Both the position numbers and the translations under genes were made by a program. Shown here piece by piece: positions 1 through 8,199 of a stretch of 24,000 nucleotides of DNA. The notes beneath the pieces were generated by a model. It saw only the letters and a program-made list of their open reading frames with translations. It ran no database searches and was not told where the DNA came from. Location of the stretch: positions 17,708 to 41,707 of the forward strand of contig CAXTBG010000021.1 in assembly GCA_964242105.1 (NCBI GenBank), read 5' to 3'. Position 1 is the stretch's first letter. Every line of letters begins with the position of its first letter. The DNA is from an uncultured Nakamurella sp. Lineage in GTDB: Bacteria; Actinomycetota; Actinomycetes; Mycobacteriales; Nakamurellaceae.

Positions 1-1007
1 CGTAGCGCCGCATCTTTCAGCCCTTCCGCGAGAGCCTCGGCGCTCTCGGCCGGCACGAGTGACCCGATGCTCGGACCCGTAATGACGTCCGAGGGGCCGA
101 ACTCGCAGTCAGCGGCGAGTAAGGGCAGCCCGAACTGCAATGCCTCCACCAGCACCACGCCGAATCCTTCCCAACGCGAGGCGAGTACGAAGCAGTCTGC
201 AGAACGGAAGTGACTTGCGGGTTCTGAGGTGTAACCGGCGAAGGTCACGATGTCTTCCAGGTCGAGATCACTGCTCAGGCTTCTGAGTTCGTCTTCGTCG
301 GATCCGGTGCCCACCAGTGTCAGAGAAACGGCGGGTAGATCCGGCCGGGCGAGTGCCAACGCGCGTAGCAGGATGTCCTGCCCCTTCTGCCGGGACAGTC
401 GCCCCACGTTCAGAAAGCGGTACGGGCCGTTGCTCGCCGTCCGGGTCACGTTACCGCCTACGTCACGAACGGGATTCGGGGCGTAGTACACCTTGGCTCC
501 CCGGGTCACCGAATCGGCCGCATATTTCTTCAAAGATGGCGAAACGGCGAGGATCCCGGCAATTCGTCGTGAGACAACGTGTCGGAAGAAGCTGAAGGCA
601 ATCTTGGTCCTTCGCGAGCCATCCTTCTCCTCGACGCGAGGGTTTCCGTGTAGATGCGAGAGGAACAGGGGAATACGCAGGCCTCTGGTGGCCAACCATC
701 CGATGACCGAAGCCTCGATTTGAGGACAGATCAGTACGTCGAAATCCTGCTGTCTGACGCAGGCGCGGAGCGTGGTAGCCAAATGACGCAGCCGGTCGAC
801 GCGGAGGGTATGCAGCTTGTACAGCGGGTTCTTGAGAATTGGTTCGTCGTAGTGGCTGGAAAACAAGACGTGGACGTCGAGCACGTCCCCGTAGTCCTCC
901 ATCAAACCGCTCGCGATCTCGTGTACGACGCGCTCAATACCCGCGAAATGTTCAGACGGCGGGACGAAGTAGGCCACGCGCGCTCGTTGGTCCAGATGTT
1001 CCGCCAT
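1..1007 (-). CDS. GT4-family (GT-B fold) glycosyltransferase; C-terminus lies beyond the left window edge
   Basis: Absent from the ORF track because it is open at the window edge. My translation of the minus strand from ATG at 1007 reads without a stop to position 1: MAEHLDQRARVAYFVPPSEHFAGIERVVHEIASGL...YRFLNVGRLSRQKGQDILLRALA...CFVLASRWEGFGVVLVEALQFGLPLLAADCEFGPSDVITG... The RxxxxKG and EGFG...(L/V)EA...G.P motif pattern is the GT4 C-terminal Rossmann signature. Confidence 0.8.
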   Translation of the reverse strand, partial: MAEHLDQRARVAYFVPPSEHFAGIERVVHEIASGLMEDYGDVLDVHVLFSSHYDEPILKNPLYKLHTLRVDRLRHLATTLRACVRQQDFDVLICPQIEASVIGWLATRGLRIPLFLSHLHGNPRVEEKDGSRRTKIAFSFFRHVVSRRIAGILAVSPSLKKYAADSVTRGAKVYYAPNPVRDVGGNVTRTASNGPYRFLNVGRLSRQKGQDILLRALALARPDLPAVSLTLVGTGSDEDELRSLSSDLDLEDIVTFAGYTSEPASHFRSADCFVLASRWEGFGVVLVEALQFGLPLLAADCEFGPSDVITGPSIGSLVPAESAEALAEGLKDAAL

Positions 1008-1069
1008 GAAGCCCCAATCATATAGATCCCCGCTGATGCCCGATCTGCGATCCGTGCTACGCCGCTGGA

Positions 1070-2161
1070 TCAGGCGCCAACGCTTCTGCGCGAGGTTCGG
1101 TTCAACACGGACCTATACACGCGAAGGTAGTCATCGCTCATGCGCTGCACCGTGAAGTAAGCGGCGCCGTGCTTGGCTCGCGACCGCCAGGTGGCGAGAA
1201 CCTGATGGTCCGACATCAGCGAACGGAACGCGGCGGCGAGCGCGGACGGGTCGGCCGGCGGGACGAGTAGACCCGCTCGCCCTTCGTCCAGCAGTTCAGG
1301 AATCCCGCCTACGGCCGTACCGACGATTGCGCAACCGGCCGCCCGCGCCTCGGTGACGGTCAGCGGGCACGGATCGGCCAAGGACGCGATCGCGAACACG
1401 TCGGCTTCGTTCAAGAGCGGTCGCGGGGTCAGAGTCGATCCCATGAAGTGAACCGATGCCTGGAGGTGACGGTCGACGACCAACGCCTCCAGACGCTCTC
1501 GATCCGGTCCCCAGCCGACGACGTTCAGGTGCCACTCCGGGAACTCAGCCGCGACTTCGGCGAATGCAAGGACGACATCGCCGACGGCTTTGCGCGGATG
1601 CAGCCCGGACAGAGTCATCACGCACGGGCGTGCAAGAGAGCCGATGTCATCGACGTCGAGGCCCTCCCTGGGAGACCCGTCCGCGCCGTTAAGGATGGTC
1701 ACCACCTTCTTCCTGCGGTACCCCCGGGACAGGAGAAGTTGCCGCTCCGCCTCGCTGACCGCCACAACAACCTTGCCCAATCTCATGATCAGCGAGTGCT
1801 TGTCGAACGAATTATGGACGGTCGTCACCAGGGTGGAACCGGTCATCTTTGCGACACCGAAACCGAGCACAGCGGATGACATCATGTGCGCGTGGATGAT
1901 GTCCGGCCGGAAGCGCCGAGTCAGCAGGAGAAGGGCGCGTCCGCTGCCCAGCACGTCTCTAGGCCCCTCCGGTTCCGGAATGGTGGCTACTTCGACACTG
2001 TGTGCTCTCAACAAGGAGTCGTACGAACCACGAGCACTCACGAACAACACCTGGTGACCGGCGTCTGCCTGGGAACAGGCGAGGTCGACCGCTACGTGAA
2101 CATGGCCGTTCCCGCGAACGCCGTGCTTCAGAAGGTGCAAGATTCTCAAGTTTGTCTCCAA
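1070..2161 (-). CDS. GT4-family glycosyltransferase
   Basis: 363-aa ORF. N-terminus is ...LRILHLLKHGVRGNGHVHVAVDLACSQADAGHQVLFVS. C-terminal half is ...ADVFAIASLADPCPLTVTEARAAGCAIVGTAVGGIPELLDEGRAGLLVPP, a GT-B/GT4 pattern. The ORF opens with TTG at 2161. An in-frame TTG at 2149 gives the typical M-RILHLL start and lies 5 nt after GGAGA, so it is probably the real start. Confidence 0.85.
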   Translation of the reverse strand: METNLRILHLLKHGVRGNGHVHVAVDLACSQADAGHQVLFVSARGSYDSLLRAHSVEVATIPEPEGPRDVLGSGRALLLLTRRFRPDIIHAHMMSSAVLGFGVAKMTGSTLVTTVHNSFDKHSLIMRLGKVVVAVSEAERQLLLSRGYRRKKVVTILNGADGSPREGLDVDDIGSLARPCVMTLSGLHPRKAVGDVVLAFAEVAAEFPEWHLNVVGWGPDRERLEALVVDRHLQASVHFMGSTLTPRPLLNEADVFAIASLADPCPLTVTEARAAGCAIVGTAVGGIPELLDEGRAGLLVPPADPSALAAAFRSLMSDHQVLATWRSRAKHGAAYFTVQRMSDDYLRVYRSVLNRTSRRSVGA

Positions 2162-2342
2162 AGGTGAATACAGCTACGACGCTCGATGTGCACCGAAGCG
2201 CACCCCTGTGGTCAACCATCGCCCCTCGGTCACCATCTTCATTGTTCGGTCAGGCCTGCTATCGCTGGGCTGTCACTAGTTCCGCAAGAGTATCCGTCAA
2301 TCATCGGCGAACTGTGCCGTCATCGTCACACGACGAGCGCAA

Positions 2343-3857
2343 TCACCGGCCTGATTGGTCGACGGCGACGGGGACTGGAATCACAGAAGCATCGTGAAGG
2401 CGTTTCACCCGTCTTGTGACAGTGTGCTCGTCGCTATCCATGGGCGTCCCTATCGCCTTGCGCCAATCCCATTCGAATCGATGCCTCATCGCGCGGCCAT
2501 GCCGAAAGCTTCGCCGCCGCCCTGGCCTGGTTCTCGGATTCCTGTGGTCGAGAGCAGACTTCCCTGTGCGGGTCAGCACCAAGCCGAGGGGACGAACTCC
2601 GACGTTCGTCAGCACGGTCATCGCCGGTGCGACCTCTTGTGCGCGAGTGCGGCCGATCGTCACGGTGACCAAGGTGCCGCCTGCGATTCGGGAGACGACG
2701 GCGGCGTCACTGTTGGATAACAGCGCCGGTGCGTGCAGGACGATGTAGTCGTACTTGGACTTCATCCTTCGCAGCGTGGTCGTCATCAGCGGGGCGCTCA
2801 ACAGTTCCGATGGATTGGGTGGCGTTGCTCCAGCGAGAACTACCTGCAAGTTCTGATGGTCGGTGGGTCGGATTGCGTCCGACAAGTCGACTTGACCTGT
2901 GAGCAGTTCGGCGAGGCCCGCAGCAGGCGCCATCCGCATGGCAGCCTCGACCGCCGAATCGCGAAGGTCGACGTCGACGAGCAGAACCAGGTTGCCGGCC
3001 TCGGCCAACATCCAGGCGAGGTTCGCCGGTACGTGCGCTCCGTCCGCGCCGTCAGCGATCGCCGTGACTACTAAACTTCTTTGTTCCTTGACTTCGACGA
3101 ATCGCAGATTGGTGCGCAGGGTGCGGAAAGCATCTGCCGAGGCGGTGGACCGATCAGTCGGCGTGAGCAGAGCATGCTGCTGGCTGCGCTTCACGCGAGG
3201 CAGCACAGCGAGGATGGGAAGTTCCGTCAGCAACCCCACGTCGCGTACGCGACGTATGCGTGTGTCCAAGGCCTGAGTCGCGATGGCCGTCCCAAGTCCT
3301 AGGCAGAGCCCGACCACGAATCCGAGGACAAGAATGCGCTTGACGTTGGGACTGATCGGTTGGCTGGGCTGGGTAGCCGGCCGTATCTGTTGGATGCGAA
3401 TCAGCGATTGACCACTCTGTGATGTCTCGAGGGCGGGAAGGATACGAGTTGCGCTGACGGCCGTCGCGGCGGCGATGGCCTGCACCTGCTGAGGATCAGT
3501 ACCGGTGGCAGTGATGTCGATGAGAGAGGTCTGCGGGCGAGCGCTGGCGCTCACCATGCTCAGCACGGTGTCCGGGCTCACCTGAGGTCGAAGGCCCGTA
3601 GCGACCGGCCCAAGAACGGCGACCGAATCGATGATGTCGGCGTACGTGGTAATGGCATTAGCCGAGAATTGAGCGCCCAGTTGCAGGTCGGTGACACTGG
3701 CCGGATCGTTTGTCGTCACATACAGCACTGCAGTCGCTTGGTAGACTTTCGGTGTGACTGCGACATATAACGCCGCAACTCCCAGAAAAACTGCCGCCAG
3801 TGCAAGGACAACAGGCCAGCCGCGCCGTAGCATTCGCAGATAGTCGCGGATGTCCAC
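2343..3857 (-). CDS. Polysaccharide co-polymerase (Wzz/chain-length determinant) fused to a BY-kinase-like P-loop domain with degenerate catalytic motifs
   Basis: 504 aa with a GTG start at 3857 preceded by GGGATAAGG. The N-terminus MDIRDYLRMLRRGWPVVLALAAVFLGVAALYVAV-TPKVYQATAVLYV is the Wzz signature with TM1. A second TM is ILVLGFVVGLCLGLGTAIA. The C-terminal domain aligns to BY-kinases: VDVDLRD (Walker A') and PPNPSELL are retained. The Walker A position reads TAIADGADGAH (no GK[ST]) and Walker B reads YIVLHAP (His instead of Asp). Confidence 0.8.
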   Translation of the reverse strand: MDIRDYLRMLRRGWPVVLALAAVFLGVAALYVAVTPKVYQATAVLYVTTNDPASVTDLQLGAQFSANAITTYADIIDSVAVLGPVATGLRPQVSPDTVLSMVSASARPQTSLIDITATGTDPQQVQAIAAATAVSATRILPALETSQSGQSLIRIQQIRPATQPSQPISPNVKRILVLGFVVGLCLGLGTAIATQALDTRIRRVRDVGLLTELPILAVLPRVKRSQQHALLTPTDRSTASADAFRTLRTNLRFVEVKEQRSLVVTAIADGADGAHVPANLAWMLAEAGNLVLLVDVDLRDSAVEAAMRMAPAAGLAELLTGQVDLSDAIRPTDHQNLQVVLAGATPPNPSELLSAPLMTTTLRRMKSKYDYIVLHAPALLSNSDAAVVSRIAGGTLVTVTIGRTRAQEVAPAMTVLTNVGVRPLGLVLTRTGKSALDHRNPRTRPGRRRSFRHGRAMRHRFEWDWRKAIGTPMDSDEHTVTRRVKRLHDASVIPVPVAVDQSGR

Positions 3858-3953
3858 TATGCCTTATCCCATCTTGACGCGCCGCCCAGCTCGTGCTTGC
3901 TGACGGTGCGGCCGTGTGCGTGTGATGCGGCACCCGCGAGCTTTGACGACGCC

Positions 3954-5000
3954 TCACTCATCACGGGCCAGCCTGTCGGCGGCTTGGCTTATCGTAGCTG
4001 TACTGTGCGACCAGTCGAAGCGCTCGATCATCGTGAGGTCGGGTCGCGGGATCGTTCCGATGCGATCTGGTCGGAGAGCAGCGGCCAAGTTGTCGACCGA
4101 CTCCGGGTCGACGTAGCTCGCACCGTCTCCGCAGATCCAGCGAAAAACCGGAATATCTGACACGAGCAACCGAGGAGTGCCGGCCACAACGGCCTCCACA
4201 ATGGGCAGCCCGAAGCCCTCGGCCAAGCTGGGGAAGACAACGGCACGGGCGTTGGCGTACAGAAGGTGGAGCACAGCATCATCTACGTAACCCGTGAGGA
4301 CGGTCTCGGGGGGCCAGACGATGTCCGCCTGCCGGAACACATCGGCCTCGCCGCCTACGACCACCAGAGGTACTGACGCTCGTTCGTCCTGGGTGAGCTG
4401 GCCGAAAGCTTCAGCGAGCCTGCGCAGGTTCTTTCGCGGATCGCGGTTTCCGACGACCAACAGGTAGCAACCGCTCACCAGACCAAACTGCGACAACGCC
4501 CTGCACTCATGGATCTCGCGCCCGGCAGGGTGTTTGAAGACGGCGCTGGGGGCGTTGGGAGCCACGACCACAGCGCCCGTCGGCCGGCGTGCCCTCACCT
4601 GTGCAGCGACAGGCTCACTGACTGCAGCCAGGCGTTGCGCGGTTGCTAGTTGGATGCGGAGCAACGGTCGGTGGGTTGCCGCAAACCTTGCGGAAAACCA
4701 CTCAGGGTGCTCGAGGACGAACAAGTCGTGCACTACAAGCAGGTGGCGAGGGTGCCACACGGGTGCGCGCGAGGTCAGCGAGATCAATACGCCTCTGAAC
4801 GTTCGGAGCGGAAGCACCGTTTGCGTCCAGAGCCATGTTCGAATGCGACTGCTGGACCAGAACTTCCCTGGTCGCATCCTGCGGACGTCAGCTGGTAGAC
4901 GATCAGACACTTCGGTGGCGTAGCGCTGTTGACCGCTCACCCGCTGAGGGCGATACGCTTCGTTGACGTAGATGACTCGGCTCACCCTACGGTGACCCAT
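3954..5000 (-). CDS. GT4-family glycosyltransferase
   Basis: 348 aa: ...YLLVVGNRDPRKNLRRLAEAF...VVFPSLAEGFGLPIVEAVVAGTPRLLVSDIPVFRWICGDGASYVDPES, the GT4 EGFG...EA...G.P signature. ATG at 5000 overlaps the upstream gene by 19 nt. An in-frame GTG at 4985 would give a classic GTGA 4-nt overlap. Confidence 0.8.
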   Translation of the reverse strand: MGHRRVSRVIYVNEAYRPQRVSGQQRYATEVSDRLPADVRRMRPGKFWSSSRIRTWLWTQTVLPLRTFRGVLISLTSRAPVWHPRHLLVVHDLFVLEHPEWFSARFAATHRPLLRIQLATAQRLAAVSEPVAAQVRARRPTGAVVVAPNAPSAVFKHPAGREIHECRALSQFGLVSGCYLLVVGNRDPRKNLRRLAEAFGQLTQDERASVPLVVVGGEADVFRQADIVWPPETVLTGYVDDAVLHLLYANARAVVFPSLAEGFGLPIVEAVVAGTPRLLVSDIPVFRWICGDGASYVDPESVDNLAAALRPDRIGTIPRPDLTMIERFDWSHSTATISQAADRLARDE

Positions 5001-6097
5001 GACTTGATGGATGTGCTGAACTCTTCGACAGAGAACCGGCGGGCACGTTCGACCCTTTCGATCTGTCGGGTTGCCATCGCCTGGTCGATTGCGGCTTCGA
5101 GTTCGTTGTCGGACGTGAAGTCAACGAGGGCCCCGGTGACACCGGGCACTACGGTCTCTGCCGCGCCGCCAACAGAATTCGCTACCACCGGCGCGCCCGC
5201 GGCCATCGCTTCCACCGGCATGATGCCGAAGTCTTCCACCGGCGGGAAGACGTACACGGCGCAGCGTTGGTAGAGCGCCGTCAGGAGCGCCGTCGACGGT
5301 TGGTGCACAATCTGGACTGGAACCCGAGCTGCTTGCGCACGGACCTGCAATGCTTGGGCCAGTGGCCCGCCGCCAGCCAGCACGACCGGCATCCCGCTTA
5401 CTTCCCCCGCCCGAATGACCTCCTCCAGACGCTTGTAAGGGACAAAACGGGAAGCGCCGAGCACGAAACGTTCCGGTAAGGCGTCAAGTTGCTCCAAATC
5501 CGCTGGACCCAGTAGAGCCGACCAGTCCTGGACCGCTTGGATGCGTTCTACCTCGACCGGTGGATAGATGGTTTGGGACGCCACGCCCCAAACGTCTTCG
5601 AGACGCTTCTGCACATAATTGCTGTTGACGGCGAAGTGCTGTGTCTCCTGAGCCCGTCGGCGGTCTATCGGCTTGAGCGAGGCACTGACGGCTCGGGCCA
5701 CCAGGCTGGCGCCGCGACGGTCGAGATGCGGGTGCCAAATGTATCGAGCGGGGCTATGAACATAGACGTATCGGCGGGATTCTGGGACACCCTTGAAGCG
5801 GGCATGGTGGGCGAACAAATGGGAGCTGATCAGTGCGAAGTCGTAGTTGCGATCGGCCATTCGTCGCCAGGTAGTGGGCATGAACGGAACTGCCAACGCC
5901 TTGCTTCGACGCAGAGGAGTGTTGGCGAGCCACGACTCACGCACTCGGTCGGGTTCGAACCTGCCCACGGAGTCGTTCCACAGGCACACGATATCCGCAT
6001 CGGGGTAGATGGCAGCCATGATCTCCGCGACGTTCTCCGACCCCCCGGTTTGAGCGATCCACTCATGCACTATCACGCCGGCCATGAAATCCGTCAA
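4982..6097 (-). CDS. GT4-family glycosyltransferase
   Basis: 371 aa. N-terminus is GVIVHEWIAQTGGSENV. C-terminal region is ...YVFPPVEDFGIMPVEAMAAGAPVVANSVGGAAETVVPGVTGALV, the GT4 nucleotide-sugar binding half. Confidence 0.85.
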   Translation of the reverse strand: MTDFMAGVIVHEWIAQTGGSENVAEIMAAIYPDADIVCLWNDSVGRFEPDRVRESWLANTPLRRSKALAVPFMPTTWRRMADRNYDFALISSHLFAHHARFKGVPESRRYVYVHSPARYIWHPHLDRRGASLVARAVSASLKPIDRRRAQETQHFAVNSNYVQKRLEDVWGVASQTIYPPVEVERIQAVQDWSALLGPADLEQLDALPERFVLGASRFVPYKRLEEVIRAGEVSGMPVVLAGGGPLAQALQVRAQAARVPVQIVHQPSTALLTALYQRCAVYVFPPVEDFGIMPVEAMAAGAPVVANSVGGAAETVVPGVTGALVDFTSDNELEAAIDQAMATRQIERVERARRFSVEEFSTSIKSWVTVG

Positions 6098-6181
6098 CCC
6101 CGCATCTTGTCAGGTACTGTCGGTCGGTGTGCTCAGGTGCGGGCCCCATGCACGATTGTTCAGCTTCTGTACAGCAGCCAT

Positions 6182-7678
6182 TCATCGGCCGCGGGCGAGC
6201 AACACCTGAAAGAACGTGCGAAGCAAGATCTTGGTGTCGAGCCAGAGCGACCAGTTCTCGATGTAGTAGTTGTCGAATCGCGCTCGGTCGGCTATGGAGG
6301 TATCACCCCGTAATCCACTGACCTGGGCGAGACCGGTCAATCCAGCACGGACCCGATGACGCTGGTGGTATCCGTCATATTGTGCGGTGAACTGCTCGAC
6401 GAAATGTGGCCGTTCCGGCCTCGGCCCCACCAGTGTCATGTCTCCGCGGATGATGTTCCACAACTGGGGTAGTTCATCGATGGACGTCCGCCGCATGAAG
6501 CGCCCGATCGGGGTGACACGGTCGTCGTTTGCGATGGACCACGTCGTAGCGGAATCAGTCGGGTCGCTCGGCCGCATCGAACGTAATTTCAAGCAGTCAA
6601 ACCGTTGACCGTGGCGACCGACCCGGGTTTGACGGAAGATGATGCCCGGCCCGCCGTCCAACCGCACGGCCACGGCGCAAGCGAGTAGCAGTGGGGAGGC
6701 CAGGACGAGGAGAGCCGACGCGACGACGATGTCGAACGCCCTCTTGATGCCCCACGTGACACCGTGCAGATTCGGTGTGCTGATCCGCATGATGGGGATC
6801 GAGCCGATGTGGTCGCGGGAGTGGCCCACCTGCGTCGAAAAATCCGGCATCCTCGGCACCACCAGGAGGTCGCACGTCAAACAGGCCGGTGTCCGGACGG
6901 CGTCCCGGAGCTGATCGTCGGTGAGAGTTCCGTCCGTCACCAGAAGCACGTCGGCTTCGGTTTCGAGAACGATTTGGTCGAGTCTACTGAGGTCACCCAG
7001 CCACGGAACGACGTAGGTGGCGACGTTCTGTGGACGGTCCTCGACGAACCCGACGACGGACAGTCCATATCGGGGCTCGTCGGCGAGAATCGAATGCAGT
7101 TTCTGTCCCAGCCGACCACTTCCGATGAGCAGCGTGCGGTGAACGGTGATGCGACGACTCCGCGCGAAGAGAATGAGCTGCGCTGTGACGATGCGGCCGA
7201 CCACGACGAGCAAGAGTGCGATCGCGGCATTGCGCAGGAAAAGTGTGACGCCGGCCTGCTCGTGCCTGATCGCAATTGCGGTGGCCACAATGGCAGCTGC
7301 TGTGAGCATGTTACCAAGAAGCCCCGGGAGATCGTCCAGCACACTGATGTGCAATCTTGCGCGGTAACGCCCTCGCGAATTGATCAACAGCAGGGATATG
7401 GCCGTCATGACGGCAATAGCTTTGAGCTGGCTTGGCGTCCACAATGCCGGCGTCAGTAATAGAAGGGCGTCAACTGGCAGAACCAACATGTAGGCACGGA
7501 CCCGCCGCAACCTGTTGAACCGAGGCACGATGGTTTCGGCTCGGGCCGATTCTGCTGAGTTAGCTGAAACAATCTGTTTTGGCCCCGACCGGCCGGTGGG
7601 TCGGTCAGGCTGAAGAAGTGCCGTCGTTCCTGGCAGCAATGCCGTGCTCGTAGAACGTCTGAAATTGATAGAGGCCAC
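6182..7678 (-). CDS. Polyprenyl-phosphate glycosyl-1-phosphate transferase, large WbaP/CpsE-type initiating sugar transferase
   Basis: 498 aa. It has N-terminal hydrophobic helices and a central Rossmann-like segment (TLLIGSGRLGQKL...VVGFVED). The C-terminal bacterial sugar-transferase domain reads KRAFDIVVASALLVLASPLLL...IFRQTRVGRHGQRFDCLKLRSM...RFMRRTSIDELPQLWNIIRGDMTLVGPRPERP...GLTGLAQV. GTG start at 7678 is preceded by AAGGAT at ~7 nt. Confidence 0.9.
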   Translation of the reverse strand: MASINFRRSTSTALLPGTTALLQPDRPTGRSGPKQIVSANSAESARAETIVPRFNRLRRVRAYMLVLPVDALLLLTPALWTPSQLKAIAVMTAISLLLINSRGRYRARLHISVLDDLPGLLGNMLTAAAIVATAIAIRHEQAGVTLFLRNAAIALLLVVVGRIVTAQLILFARSRRITVHRTLLIGSGRLGQKLHSILADEPRYGLSVVGFVEDRPQNVATYVVPWLGDLSRLDQIVLETEADVLLVTDGTLTDDQLRDAVRTPACLTCDLLVVPRMPDFSTQVGHSRDHIGSIPIMRISTPNLHGVTWGIKRAFDIVVASALLVLASPLLLACAVAVRLDGGPGIIFRQTRVGRHGQRFDCLKLRSMRPSDPTDSATTWSIANDDRVTPIGRFMRRTSIDELPQLWNIIRGDMTLVGPRPERPHFVEQFTAQYDGYHQRHRVRAGLTGLAQVSGLRGDTSIADRARFDNYYIENWSLWLDTKILLRTFFQVLLARGR

Positions 7679-7866
7679 CGTTGATCCTTTTCACTGGGCC
7701 CGCACGTTGGTGGAACCCTAACGTGTGAATGGATCGGGATGGTAGTCACCCTCTGTAGCCGGAAGAAGGACACTAAGTGAGAGTGTGGCCCGTCTGCAGT
7801 CTGGAGGCGTCTTCTGACCTGCGGAAATTACAGGAGCGTTTCCGGCCCGATCGTCCGCGGAGTGTT

Positions 7867-7882
7867 TGTGAAAAACGTCACA
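7867..7882. promoter_or_regulatory. Perfect CRP/GlxR-family operator palindrome TGTGA-N6-TCACA
   Basis: The sequence reads tgtga aaaacg tcaca at 7867-7882. It lies in the non-coding leader ~190 bp upstream of the sugar-transferase start codon (7678, minus strand). This is a 10/10 match to the canonical CRP-family consensus known from E. coli CRP, M. tuberculosis Crp and C. glutamicum GlxR. Confidence 0.5.
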
Positions 7883-8021
7883 TTCCGGCGTATTTCGATG
7901 TGTTTGTCCGTTTTGGTGCGGCGATCGGTCACTGTGGGTAACTGAATCGACGTCACGGGATGGCTGATGGCTGAGCAGGGGTTGGTTGAGCCACGCTGTG
8001 AGCGGCAAGTGGTCCCCCTCC

Positions 8022-8037
8022 AGTGACCACGTTCACC
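8022..8037. promoter_or_regulatory. Second, weaker CRP-like site (aGTGA-N6-TCACc)
   Basis: agtga ccacgt tcacc at 8022-8037 matches 8/10 consensus positions, with the inner GTGA/TCAC cores intact. It lies in the same leader ~155 bp further upstream of the perfect site. Confidence 0.3.
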
Positions 8038-8199
8038 ATGCCGCCGGTGTGACCTTGAGTGAACGGCCTCGCTCTATCGGTGATGTGGTCGTCACTGGCT
8101 CCTGACGTTTTCGCACTTCGGAGCGGTGGTGGGAATATCTCGACGCTTTGTGCTGTGGATCTACCCACGGCATATTTGGTGGCGCCCGAGCGATGCACA

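Noticed and set aside
250-1025. Several 76-123-aa plus-strand ORFs at the left end
   Set aside because: All lie opposite the edge-truncated GT4 glycosyltransferase that I translated on the minus strand, and none has motifs or coherent composition.
7679-8199. Possible riboswitch (for example c-di-GMP class) or tRNA/att site at the island boundary
   Set aside because: I could not recognise any known riboswitch core, tRNA cloverleaf or flanking direct repeat by eye. This needs a covariance-model scan, so nothing is claimed.
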